NCBI GenBank assembly: GCA_951406725.2
Contig: OX597824.1
Span: forward strand, 65,410,001-65,474,000
Origin: Octopus vulgaris
Taxonomy: Eukaryota
DNA: 64,000 bases
Direction of reading: 5' to 3'
The position numbers and the translations under genes are program-made. The notes under the pieces were generated by a model. It ran no database searches. It was not told where the DNA came from and saw only the letters and a list, made by a program, of their open reading frames with translations. Shown piece by piece: positions 50,987-63,424 of this stretch; positions within the stretch are counted from its first letter, which is position 1, and every line of letters begins with the position of its first letter.

Positions 50987-53871
50987 TCACTTGTCCTGCC
51001 TGGTCTTCTCACGTACAGAATATTTCCAAAGGTCTCGGTCTCTGGTCATTTCCTCAGTGAGGCCTAAAGTTCGAAGGTCGTGCTTCACCACCTCGTCCCA
51101 GGTTTTCCTGGGTCTACCTCTTCCACGGGTTCCCTCAACTGCTAGGGATTGGCACTTTCTCACACACCTATCTTCATCCATTCTCGCCACATGACCATAC
51201 CAGCGCAATCGTCTCTCTTGCACACCACAACTGATGCTTCTTAGGTACAACATTTCTCTCAAGGTGCTAACGCTCTGTCGAGTATGTACACTGACATTAC
51301 ACATCCATCGGAGCATACTGGCTTCATTCCTCACGAGCTTACGCATGTCCTCAGCAGTCACGGCCCATGTTTCGCTGCCATGTAGCATGGCTGTTCGTAC
51401 ACACGCATCATACAGTCTGCCTTTTACTCTGAGCGAGAGGCCTTTAGTCACCAGCAGAGGTAAGAGCTCCCTAAACTTTGCCCAGGCTATTCTTATTCTA
51501 GCAGTTACACTTTCAGCGCACCCACCCCCACTACTGACTTGGTCACCTAGATAACGGAAGCTATCAACTACTTCTAGTTTTTCTTCCTGGAAAGTGACGG
51601 AAGTTGTTTTCTGCAGATTTTCGGAGGTTAATGCTCCCGAGCATCTGCCACATACAAAAACTATCTTCCCAGTTAGCCTACCTTTGACATTGCTGCACCT
51701 CTTATGTGTCCATAGCTTACACTGGGTACATCTTATAGAGTTTCTACCTACACCTTTTCTACAGATCGAGCAGGGCCATCTTCCTGAAGATATTTGTGGA
51801 TTGTCTACCTTTCTACTTATTAGTACTTTGGTTTTAGCTAGGTTGACTCTAAGGCCCCTTGATTCTAAACCCTCCTTCCACACCTGGAACTTCTCCTCCA
51901 GTTCTGATAGTGACTCAGCAATAAGAGCAAGGTCGTCAGCATAGAGGAGCTCCCAGGGACAGCCTGTCTTGAATTCCTCCGTAATTGCCTGGAGTACTAT
52001 GATAAATAGGAGGGGGCTGAGTACTGAACCCTGGTGGACCCCAACCTCTACTTTGAATTCTTCTGTGTACATGTTGCCAACCCTAACCTTACTTACGGCA
52101 TCTCTGTACATGGCTTGCACAGTCCTCACCAGCCATTCATCTATCCCTAGTTTCCTCATTGACCACCAGATAAGGGATCGGGGGACCCTATCAAAAGCTT
52201 TCTCCATGTCAACGAAAGCCAGGTACAGGGGCTTATCTTTGGCTAGGTATTTCTCCTGCAGCTGCCTTACCAGGAATATAGCATCAGTGGTACTTTTCCC
52301 TGGCACGAACCCAAACTGCATCTCATCTAAACTAACTCTCTCTCTAATTAGTTGGGCTATGACCCTCTCCATAACCTTCATTACTTGATCCAACAGCTTG
52401 ATACCTCTGTAATTATTTGTATCTAGGGCATCACCTTTACCTTTGTAGCAGTTGACTAGTATGCTGCTGCACCAGTCATTGGGTATGACTCCTTCGTGTA
52501 TCACCTGGTTGACTATACGGGTGACTAGGTTATAGCCGACACTGCCAGATATTTTGAGCATCTCTGCAGTAATTCCTGATGGGCCTGGGGCTTTCCCTGT
52601 CTTCATGCTTCTAATTGCCTTAGCTACCACGGAACTATCAACTCGGATAGCTGGTCCCTCTGTAGGGTCAACATTCGGCAGACTCTCTTTATCCCATTCA
52701 TTTTCCTCATTCAGTAACCTTTCATAGTGGCGTCTCCAAGCTTCTCTCTTTGCATCCTCATTTAGCGCAAGTGAACCATCCTCCATGCGAACACATTTCT
52801 CTCCTACCACATCACGATTCTCTCTCACACACTGTCTTGCAACACGAAATACCTCAAGTCTTTCATCCTCACGGCGCAGGACATTGGCAAATTTTCTCTT
52901 ATCTGCTTCCCCTCTGGCTAGATAGACCTGTCTCCTAGCTTCCCTTCTGGCAGTCTGATACCCTTCCCTGCTACCACCGTTCTTCCAGGCCTTCCAAGCC
53001 TGTTTCTTTTGTCTAATAGCCCTGTCAACAATATTGTTCCACCACCACGTTATTTTGGGTCTTAAGGGGACTTTGCACCAGCCACAGATCTGGTCAGCGG
53101 CTTTCAGCAGGTTGTCCCTCAGAAACGTCCAGTTGTCTTCTACCCCATGTGTAGCTATACCCCCTTCCACTTCGTCGAAGGCTTCAAGTAACATATCTCT
53201 AAATCTCTGTCCATTCGCAGGGGCTTTAAGCTTCCAGACCCTTCTTCTCCATGTTGGTCGTCTTCTAGTCGCCCTCTTAGTCCTGATCCTAAAGTCACTA
53301 ACTACCAGTCTATGTTGTGGGGTACATTCTTCGCCTGGGAAGGTTTTGGCATTTTTAAGCAGCCATCTTTCCCTTTTTCTGGCAAGGATGTAGTCGATTT
53401 GGCTAGTATGCCGGCCCGATCGGTAGGTGACCAGGTGGCTTGTTGGTTTCCTGAAGTTAGTGTTGCAGACCATAAGACTATTCGCATCGCAGAACTCCAG
53501 CAACCTGGTTCCCTCCTCGTTGCGGGAACCATAACCGTAGCCTCCATGTACGCCATGGAAGCCCCCAGCATGTCGTCCAACATGCCCATTGAAATCACCA
53601 GCCACAAAGAGAAGGTCCCTGTCGTTCGTCGATGAGGTGGTCTGCAGTAGGGTGTCATAGAAACTGTCTTTCTGTCCATCGGGTAGCCCTGGCTGAGGGG
53701 CATAGGCCGATATAATGGTTGCTAATCTATTATGAAGCACTATTCTAATCTTAAGTATTCTGTCACTTACTCTGATTACCTCAATTACTCTATCTATCCA
53801 TTTCTCAGCGATAAGTATACCCACGCCACCAACCCCGTCAGTGTTCCCTGCCCAGAAAATCTTGTACCTGT
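50987..53871 (-). CDS. RTE LINE polyprotein: AP endonuclease (N-terminus missing), reverse transcriptase and embedded PHD finger
   Basis: 945-aa ORF, open upstream to HRYKIFWAGNTDGVGGV. Motifs YAPQ, GDFNGH, QIDYIL, QFGF, DMEKAFD, GVHQGSVLSP, YADD, FRYLG, RGRGRPRKTW. Confidence 0.93.
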
Positions 53872-53985
53872 GGCATATTAATATTTGTTTTTATGTGAAT
53901 TTATGAATAAGAATAATTTAACATTAAAATGTAGGATTACTCAATACTTTTTGGAAGAGTGCATCTGATGACAACATATATATAT

Positions 53986-54024
<39 letters not shown>

Positions 54025-54097
54025 ATATACATATATTCTGTAAATATACAAATATCTATATGCTTTTACATGAATGTTCATCTTCTGAATATTTTCA

Positions 54098-54132
<35 letters not shown>

Positions 54133-54412
54133 GTCTCTCTCTTTCTCTCTCTCTATTTCTCTATCTCTCTCTTTCTTTCAGTATATATATATATGTATGC
54201 ACACATATATGTACAGGTATGCATGCTCATGCACACTTGCTTAATACGCACACACACACACACGATGAGGGAATGTAGTGATCCTGATTATGAATATCAA
54301 TGATATTGCCGAGAGAGAAATGCCTTGGAGGAGCATTCTCCATGCTAAATACAAATATGCATATAAGTGTGTGTGTGTGTGTGCAGGCGTGCGCATGCAT
54401 GTGAGTGAGTGA

Positions 54413-54451
<39 letters not shown>

Positions 54452-54484
54452 CTGCCTTCATTTTTCTCTATTTTTTTATTCCAG

Positions 54485-54650
54485 AGTTTTCGTATTGGCA
54501 ACAAATTATCAAACTCATTGTTAGCAAATCCACGAGTGCACCAAGCTGATAATGGATGTAAAGTTGATGATCCATGCCAACACGATAACCCATGTCGTCC
54601 AAACACCTGCATAAACGAGTGGGGAAAATATCGTTGTCAATGTTTGCCAG
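54485..54650 (+). CDS. CELSR: CELSR exon, EGF (SFRIGNK...GCKVDDPCQHDNPCRPNTCINEWGKYRCQCLP)
   Basis: Acceptor ttttattccag, donor gtaaac; phase 0 to 1. Confidence 0.92.
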
Positions 54651-54664
54651 GTAAACTAATCTCT

Positions 54665-54838
54665 TAACTTTTATCTTTTACTTGTTTCACTCATTAGACT
54701 GCAGCCATTCTGGGGCACCACCTTGAAAAAGTTTTAGTGAAATGAATTGACTTCAGTAAAACAAACCAACACTTGTTGTCAGGTGGTGATGCGGGACAAA
54801 GACAGAGACAAAAATGCATACAAACGTTCATATATAAT

Positions 54839-54894
<56 letters not shown>

Positions 54895-55052
54895 GTTTCT
54901 TTCAGTTTCTGTCCACCAAATTCACTCACAAAACTTTGGTCAGCCCAAGTGTATAATAAAAGACACTTGCTCAAGGTGCTACATAGTGGGACTGAACCCA
55001 GACCCATGTGATTGGGAAGCAAATTTCTTCCCACACAGCCGCACCTGTGCCT
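54665..55052 (-). mobile_element. tRNA-derived SINE, long form
   Basis: Head ggcacaggtgcggctgtgtggg...gggttcagtcccact; colinear with 42360-42700. Confidence 0.82.
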
Positions 55053-55640
55053 ATATATATAATCAATATTTCTTTAAAGAATTTTGTAGTTAAATTCTAA
55101 ATTCATAATTTTTGAGGCTTCAGCTCAATTTTTGCCCCTGGTATTGTATTATTGAGCAACTCACTTTACTTCAATAATTTTCATTCTTTTATTGGTGTAG
55201 AAGTATGGCCTAGTGGTTAAGATGTTGGACTCTCAATCACAAGATTGCACTTTTAATTCCCTAACTGGGTTGTGCATTGTGTTCTTGAGCAAAATACTTC
55301 ATTGCATGCTGCTCCAGTTCACTGAGCTGTATATGAGTCATTCTGTGGTGGACTGGTGTCCTGTTCAGTGGGGAATTGTTGAGGTCTCAGTCACTTATAG
55401 GTCATAGAAACAAGGTAGCTGGCTTTGTGAGTCCTAGGACTGAAGACAGTATTGTTCAGAAGTACTATTTTAACATTTTTTAAACACTATGATAAAGTGG
55501 ATGATATGAGGAAAGATATTCAACCTTAAAACACTGCTTTAAAGAAGAGTAACTCAAAAATGCATTCATTTCCCCATAACTTCCAATGTCAATCAATGTC
55601 AGTGTTTTATATCTGCTTTTCTATACAGGTTAGATTAAAT

Positions 55641-55900
55641 CAGTGTTTCTCAATCATTTTTCGCATCTGGCCCCACCTTTGATTCTGCTTATTCTATTTT
55701 ATTCTACTGGATCCCTATAGCCATTCAATGTTTAAAAATCATGTTATATTTTTATAATCAAATATTTCTAGAAATTGTATTAAAAAATTATTAAAATACT
55801 TTGTGTATTGGAGAAGTATAACCAATTTATTTCACAAATTTTAACAATAAAATTTTACATGGTCCTCCAAGGTCATATGGACCCTGGTTGAGAACCTCTG
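55641..55900. mobile_element. hAT (Charlie-like) MITE
   Basis: TIRs CAGTGTTTCTCAA / TTGAGAACCTCTG; decayed 8-bp TSD gattaaat / ggttagac. Confidence 0.75.
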
Positions 55901-56111
55901 GGTTAGACAGTTTTTCTGAGATGGTGTTGGCAGTATCACCAACTTTTTTAATTGCCTCTTAGGACATGATATATATTTATTAATGCTTGAATTTATAAAC
56001 TTGTGTGTATTAACAAGAAAAAAGAATAGAGATGGAGGGTTTCATTTTACACATTTTTCCAGTGCATATACATGACTATCTATGCTGTAAATTATTTGTT
56101 TTTCTAACCAG

Positions 56112-56377
56112 GTCGCATTGGTTCCAATTGCACTGATGTCTGTGACAATTTCAACCCTTGTCAAAACATGGGTATATGCCATCGCCCCACTGCTCACGAA
56201 ACTACGTACTCTTGTGAATGCGGTCATTTGCAACTTGGTCGTTACTGTGAAATAAGCTTACTTCAGCCTTGTCCTGCATCTTGGTGGGGATATCCTATTT
56301 GTGGACCATGCAACTGTAACAAAAAAATGGGATTCAGCCCAGTTTGTAACAAATCCACAGGAGCCTGTTCATGCAAA
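56112..56377 (+). CDS. CELSR: CELSR exon, EGF and laminin-EGF-like (GRIGSNCTDVCDNFNPCQN...QPCPASWWGYPICGPCNC...ACSCK)
   Basis: Acceptor tttctaaccag, donor gtatgt; phase 1 to 0. Confidence 0.93.
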
Positions 56378-57866
56378 GTATGTATTTTATAGTTGTTGTT
56401 GCTGTTGTTGTTGTTGTTGTTGCTGCTGTTGCTGTTGTTGCTGTTGCTGCTGTCAGCAAGGGTGTTTGCCCAATTTTCTGAGCTGCTGTCACAGTCTATC
56501 TCCATTTGAGAATTCGTTTATTTTCTGTAGAATACCAACCCACTTGGTGCTTCTAAGTTTGTTTATAAAATATGTATTTGAGTATAATACATAAAGTTTT
56601 TAGAACTTAAATATCAGAAAAGAACATTATCCAAGAGAATTAAATGTTACCCATTTCTGCTAGGGAAGTGCATCAACATATTCATGATGGCATGACTGAA
56701 AGTAAGTTAGTTATACCTATTGTCCAAGCCAACTGATATGTAATGAAGAGTTAAGATCCCTATAATAATGTTACATTTCTCTATGATTGTGATAATATAT
56801 TATATGCTTGGAACAACTAGAAGACATGCATTCCATGCTGCCAACCTTCAGTATGGTTGGCCAGAATGTAATACTTATATTATTCAAAATCCTACTTGAA
56901 TTATTTAATCTGAAATTTAAATTAACAAATAGTTCATAATACAATGGTATTGTCATTATGAAAATGTGAATATAAACTGAAAAAGAAAAATACTTCTGTT
57001 TCTGAAATACTGTAATTATTATAATGAGCCATCACTATAAGCATTTTGATCGAATGATAGAAAGTATTTGATGATCAAAGTATTTAAAAGGATGTATAAT
57101 GGAAGTAATGCATTATGTTTTTTTTATACCCTTCCATATTGCTGACTTGTCATAGGTTGACTTTACAGCAAATACTCTTTTGCAACCTACACTAATAATT
57201 TTCAATGATGTTGATGATAACTTTTGAATTTGCTTATAGTTTTGAGGATATGTAAATTTTTCAATGTTTATTATACAGCAATTATAATAAATCTGACTAA
57301 ACACTTCTTTTTTCTATGATTTTGTGGATCTTAAATAGTGATGAGCATCATACATGGATGCATATTATATATGAATATGTACAGTTGTGGGATTGGTAAA
57401 CTCTCTCAGCTATACTTCTCACATAATTCCATTAGTCCAAATCATGTGAGAAGTGCCAATGTTTCCAAAGAGTCTCAAGAAATGGAGCCTAAAGCAACCA
57501 TCAGATCATTCAATCATGCATAAACCATTGAATGGCTAAATAGATACAAATCACTCTGACTTTCACACTGTGCCATATATCACCAATGATATGTATGGAG
57601 TTTTATGCACTTCAAGATATTTTATTGAATATCCCTGTGTTATAAGTCTAACTCACCGGAACTGATTGTTTGTAAGAAAAAAAAAATCAAAATTCCAAAA
57701 CATGTCATCTTCTACATATTGTTTACTGTCTTTGTTTTTGTTTTTAAATTTATATTAAATTGTCTTGCTATTACCCCAATTTTACGTACTTTTGTTTGGT
57801 GTTACAGCAGTAGTTACACAATTTTCTACTATGAAGTTATTTAAAAAAATTTTATCTTAATTACAG

Positions 57867-58050
57867 ACTAACCACTATAAACCAAAAAATGAAGACCAAT
57901 GTTTTCCTTGCAATTGTTACCATGTTGGATCCAAAGGTTTTTTTTGTAACCCTGTCACTGGTCAGTGCAATTGTAAAAAAGGAGTGGTTGGTCGCAGATG
58001 TGACAGCTGCCTGAGTCCCTTTGCAGAAGTGCATGAATCAGGTTGCCGAG
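57867..58050 (+). CDS. CELSR: CELSR exon, laminin-EGF (TNHYKPKNEDQCFPCNCYHVGS...CKKGVVGRRCDSCLSPFAEVHESGCR)
   Basis: Acceptor aattacag, donor gtaagt; phase 0 to 1; absent from the ORF track. Confidence 0.93.
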
Positions 58051-58809
58051 GTAAGTTTCTTTCTTTATTATTTATTTTTTAATTGTATCTGTATCATTAA
58101 GTCTTGCAAGAATGATAACGAGAGAGAAGAATCACAATTACAGTGGAAGCAGCACCAGAAATAGGGGTGTTCTGCAGATTAGTGAAAAGTTAATCCTTCC
58201 TAAATTATAAGAAACCTTATAGCTGATGTTTATTTATTTTTTCTTGCTTTCTGTAGCATTAATCCTTTTATGGCCATATTTCTAACAATACACTCCCTTA
58301 TATTTCAGTTAATCAAAAGGATAATCAAGTATCTGTAATAATCTAGTAAAATAACTAAAATTTTCATGTTTTAGTTGATGTTTAGAACTTAACTGAAAAC
58401 ATAGTTTCTTACATAAAATTATAATGGGCAGTTTTCATTTAAATATAAACACATTAAAATAGAACTAGGGGTTGTCTTAGGCAGGTTGGTATCAAAACAA
58501 TTAAAACAGATGAGAAATAAACATCTTGGATAGTAAAATTAACCTATTTTATGTAGCATTTTCCAGCATATAGAATTGAACTAAGCACTAAAAGTCAATG
58601 AAACATTTATCAAACTCCATAGTACTGTCATTATTTAAAGCATTTCAGAACTTACTTGAAACCAGTGAAAGGACTTCTATGTAGTTGTTTGACCTTCTTG
58701 AAATAGCAGCCAAATTTCCTTCAAATCACATTCTATCATCTTGAAAAAGAAAGACTACTTTGGATAATGTTGTCTTCTGTCCCTCTAAATTGTCATCCAC
58801 TATTATAGT

Positions 58810-59450
58810 CTTCTAGCCCTACACTCAAGCTCTGCCTCACCATTCCACTTCACTGAATCTGCCCTCAACCTCAACTGCTTCACCAGTTTACTAGAATTTC
58901 TACCAGCATATTACTAGGATGGTCATGGGAAACAGGATGGCTCTCAAGTATGCCAACCTGTTTGTTGTATATGTGATCCAAATCTTCATGCATTTTACTG
59001 GTTCCACCCCAGAACTATATGGTTGTTAAAAGTAACTTTATCAACACTACCTTCCTTGTCCATGTACAACTCAACTCTTTCACCACTTTTGTCAATTCAC
59101 TTCCCTGCTCAAGATATCACATCCACCATCTCTATGATTTCTGTTAATTTTCTGGACATCTCTGCCTCTATTGCCTAACTCGGTGTCTCTATGTCTTTCT
59201 TTTACAAACCAATTCTCATTCCTACCTCCATTTTACCTCAACCTAGCCTACTCTCTTCAGATCTATAATCCCCTACTCAGAATTCCTTTGCTTCTACATT
59301 TCTGTGGTCATAACTCTTACTTCAATATTCAGTTGTACCAGATAGTTTACTATTTCACTATGGGTTTACCTCCAACAAGCCTAGCACACCACTTGCCATT
59401 GCATCTATGCTGTTGACTCTATTCCCACTCTCATATTTTGAATCCACTCA
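58810..59450 (+). pseudogene. Decayed Penelope-like element (PLE) reverse transcriptase
   Basis: Manual translation gives ALNLNCF, FYQHITRMVMGNRMALKYANLFVVYV (cf. PLE G.AMG..M.P.YANLF), FTGSTPELYG, SVNFLDIS, YKP..SHSYLHFTS and IPYSEFL; many frameshifts. Confidence 0.75.
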
Positions 59451-59694
59451 TGAGAATTCTGTCTTAAAAAAGGGAGGATACATTGAATGATGTACTCTTA
59501 GATATGCTATGTGTGAAAATAAGACTGATTGGTCATGGCTAGAATGCCCTTGACCAGAGGTCTGCTTGATCAAGATTAACCTGGGGCTAAGCAATGTCAT
59601 TGTGAGGTGGGAAACCAATAATCTAAGGTTGTCTGAATTGAAAGTGTTTCACATATATTCCTCTTCCAGAAAACTGAGAATTCCTACCTATTAA

Positions 59695-59913
59695 CCCTTT
59701 TGTTATCATATTTCTGTTGAAATACTCTGTCATTACTTCAATTAATTTTGAAAATAATGAAGAATTTAGTAAAATAACTGTCATTATTAATTGGTGTTTA
59801 GATCATAAATTAACACTAAGTTCTAATGCAAGATTTTAATTCAAGACTCTTGAAAACAAGATGTTTGTACCACAGACCCAGGGGTGGTCTTATGCAGGTT
59901 GGTTTCAAAAGGA
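59695..59913. mobile_element. piggyBac-type MITE family 2 (copies near 14790-15002 and 58260-58505; partial at 42770-42910 and 44630-44780)
   Basis: TTAA-CCCTTTTG ... CAAAAGGA-TTAA; shared interior aataatgaagaatttagtaaaataact...gcaggttggt.tcaaa. Confidence 0.75.
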
Positions 59914-60152
59914 TTAAAGAAATCCTTAGATGTTTTGTTTATCTTATAAAAAAAAAACAAATCCACTTTCCCAAACCAACCAAAGTGTAATCAACAAAGG
60001 TTTTTGATAAAACATTTCAACTGTATTGTATTTCATCAGAGAATTACTTACAGACTCTCTCTCACTCTCTTCTTTTGATAGATTTTCTGTTTTTTTAGCT
60101 AATAATTTCCTTACTGGAATCTTCAATGTATTTGTGTATCTGTTTCTTGCAG

Positions 60153-60254
60153 TTGTTTATGATGTGTGCCCTAGAAGTTATGCCAAAGGTTTGTGGTGGG
60201 ATCGCACTTTTATCAATGAAATTGCAGTTCAAGATTGTCCAACAGGCGCAATCG
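60153..60254 (+). CDS. CELSR: CELSR exon, HRM domain start (VYDVCPRSYAKGLWWDRTFINEIAVQDCPTGAI)
   Basis: Acceptor tttcttgcag, donor gtatat; 102 nt, phase 1 to 1. Confidence 0.92.
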
Positions 60255-62655
60255 GTATATATAAATTGTTTATGCTTAATCTTCTTATACACCTAAATCA
60301 TATCAAATGAGACTTATATTGCACCTAACTTATAGATCAGTTTCAACTTTATGTACACTAAAGTATCTTCCTACATAAGTTTATATTCATACATTTTGTA
60401 ATGTCCATTTCCATACACTTAACTTTCCTATACAAATAATTCATTTTTTTTACCAAATACACTTGATTTATCTTCACTTTGTTTTATACTCTGTGTGTGT
60501 GTGTGTGTGAGTGTGTGTGCATGTGTGTTTATATGTATATATACATAGGTACAAGCATGCCTTATCTATCTGTCTGCCTGTCTGTCTATTTGTTTTCACA
60601 CACACACAAGCATAGCAAAGTGGGATAAAAAGTTCACTTTGCAACTCTGTGGTTTCAGGTTCTGTCCCACTTGGTTTCTATTATAACTTCAGGACTACCA
60701 ATGCTTTGTGAGTGTATTTGGTAGGCAGAAACTGTGTAGAAGTTCATGTTGTGTGTGTGTGTGTATGTGTGAACATGTATGTATGTGAACGAGTGTGTAC
60801 ATATATGTATATGTGCACAAATGTTCACATTCCACAGCTTCATTCATCCCCAACTAGCTGAAACAGCAATACAATGTTTACATTCTCTGGTGACATTGTG
60901 ACCAGTTGGTTTGTATTTTCAAAGATCCTTTCTTGAAAAGACCAGTAAGGGTTGTTGATGGGAAGAGTATCAACAGGGGAAATGAATATTAAACGAATGA
61001 GCAAATGAATGAAAAATATGTAATTTATATACTTTCAACTTAGCAGTGTTATCTCAATTTGTTATATGCATCGTTTTCTATCAACAGTATGATTGCAAAC
61101 AACTTTCTGTACAGTTAGTCCATATTTTAGCTATGACTGATTTAACTCTATAAAGTATTAAATTGCTTGTCAATTTTCAGTTAATTCAGTGTTTTTTCAC
61201 AGACCTAGTTTTTATACTTTTTTAAATGCTTTGTTGTCAGTTAAGTAGATGGAACAATTCATTGTTTTTCTTAGATATCAGCCAAGAGAAAAAAAAGGGG
61301 GTTTTCCTCTAATGATTCAATACTTCATACACTCAACCATTTGTGATTCCTTGCTACAAGTAATATCACCACCTTACAACCGAAGTTAAAAGTTATTGTT
61401 AGGGAAAATATTCAACTTTAAGCAGATTGTATGGAAATTTTAACAGGAATTTGTCCAAACAGAATTTGACCAAGTTGGAATCTGTCAGCTTTGCAGCTGG
61501 GGCCTTTTATGAAGTCACTTAATCTGCTAGAAAATAGAAGCCAAATCTCTCTCAAATCACATCCTACCATATAAAAAGGTAGGAGATATTGAATAGTGTA
61601 GTCCTAGTTACACTTTATCCTGGAAACAAAGCAGAGTGATCATGGATGGAAAATCTTGTGTCATAGGTCTGCTCAGTCAGGGCTAAGCAACAGTAATGAC
61701 CCATTTGATATGAAATAGTCATATCAAATTGTTTATATTTTAGAAAAGACAGTGCTTTTAAAGCTGAATATTTGAAATAATTCAGGTATCTTTGTTCAGG
61801 TGTTGCTGAATCTAAAGTTAATTCCATTAATAATTTGTTCAATATCAAAAATGTTGGAACTAAAGTTTTAATGTAAATTTAATGAATTTTGATAAACTTT
61901 ACATCCACAGTCAGTGTCTTTAGACTCAGGCACAGCAGACAGCTTATTTGTGTATGTTGTGGTTCTGCATAAGGAGCTCCAGTGCATTGCTTTGCTTCTT
62001 AAGGCCTATAATGCTGTTATAACAGCCTTAATCACTCTGTATGTTAGTCATTCATTCAATTTTGCATTCATTTTTATTGAGGCAGCGTTTTACAGCTAGA
62101 TAGTTGCTTTTATATTTCTTAACTTCATCTCTAGTACATGTGAACTGGAGATTCTCTCATAAATTAGCGGTTATGAGCAACATCAAGATCTGAAGAAATT
62201 TCTATGAAGAAACTGATTTTATTTTTATTTGTTGATGTTTGATATTATTATGAGATTGTTTCCTTTGATTGGGTGTTTCTGAAGCAAGTTGTGGCTGCCA
62301 AGTAGCCAAGGTATTCTCTTCATTTGGATGATTATGCTATAGATCAAACACATAAGATATCCTACTTTCTTGTGTGATTCAGGACCTCATTGCACATTCT
62401 ATCATGTATAAACTGAATTATGAAGAACATGGCATGTTGCACCCAATTGAAGCTCTGGAGAATTGGTTGATGATAGTAATGAAGATGATTAACCAATAGA
62501 ATAACTGTGCTCAAGTCTATATGTTTTATTTATTGATTTCTAACTTGCTAATATCTCTTGCAATGAATATCAGTTAAAAAACAAAAGCAAAACAAAACAA
62601 AAAAAAAACTCAGAAAGAGCAAGCAATTTACATTATGAGTAATTTATTATTTCAG

Positions 62656-62750
62656 GTGATGCTAAACGCAACTGTACCAAATTACAAAGCTGGCTTGCTC
62701 CAGACCTTTTCAATTGTACCAGCAAAGAATTCGTGAAAATACAAAACCAG
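62656..62750 (+). CDS. CELSR: CELSR exon, HRM domain end (GDAKRNCTKLQSWLAPDLFNCTSKEFVKIQNQ)
   Basis: Acceptor attatttcag, donor gtatgc; phase 1 to 0; W..PDLFNCTS motif. Confidence 0.92.
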
Positions 62751-63424
62751 GTATGCATTAGAAATGAATGTTATATAATGTGATAAAAGAATGGTGTTAA
62801 AATTCAAAATCTGAAATAGAATAGAAATCATCAAAAAAAAAAAAGTTCTGGTATGGTTAGAAACCTCAAGACATGAAAGAACTGGAATATATATGAATAA
62901 TAATAAAGCAATTATTGACTTTATATCAGGTTTTTTTTAAAAGTAGGGCCTCAGGTTTCTTGACTGTCTAAACTTTAACTTTAATTAGTAACCTCCAAAG
63001 TTCTGTTCCTGTTTTAATTATCTAACACTGTTTTCTGTTTTAATTCAGTGTTTGCAGTTATAATTAAGTTGCCTTACAGCTGTTTTATATAAAGTAGTAA
63101 ATTGAATGATTTCAAATAAATTTTACTCTGGCTGTTTTATTACAAAATTGTAGTCTTATAACAATCCAATGATTTAGAGATTATGTTGCTATCTAATCCT
63201 TTGTTGCTGCTTCTGCTTCTGTTTCTGGTGCTGATAAATGGCATGTCTCAACTTTAATCAAATCAACCAATGGCACTGACTTTAAACTTCATATATTAGG
63301 TGTTGTCTGGCTTTGATTAATTATTCTAATATATGACTAACTTGCTTATATTTTTCATCCACTCTAAAGGGATAAAATACTAGCTACTAAACAGCATACT
63401 ATATATATATATATATAATAATAA

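Larger units (their letters stand above)
50163..53871 (-). mobile_element. Young 5'-truncated RTE-clade LINE, antisense in a CELSR intron
   Basis: Unbroken EN+RT ORF, ~820-bp 3' UTR, (GAT)n tail at 50163-50185, many intact CpGs compared with the flanks. Confidence 0.95.
33074..62750 (+). other. CELSR: CELSR/flamingo (starry night) adhesion GPCR gene, internal part: 12 exons; gene extends beyond both ends
   Basis: Spliced exons read in one frame (627 codons) in the flamingo domain order LamG-EGF-LamG-EGF-EGF-LamEGF-HRM. Hallmark motifs: NGLLFYNxRFNDEHDFIALEI, LDLTGPLQIGG, QPCPASWWGYPICGPCNC, CPRSYAKGLWWDRT, WLAPDLFNCTS. All junctions are AG/GT with compatible phases. Confidence 0.95.

Noticed and set aside
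51234-53703. Several 100-140 aa ORFs overlapping the LINE ORF
   Set aside because: Antisense or alternate-frame shadows of the GC-richer RTE coding sequence.
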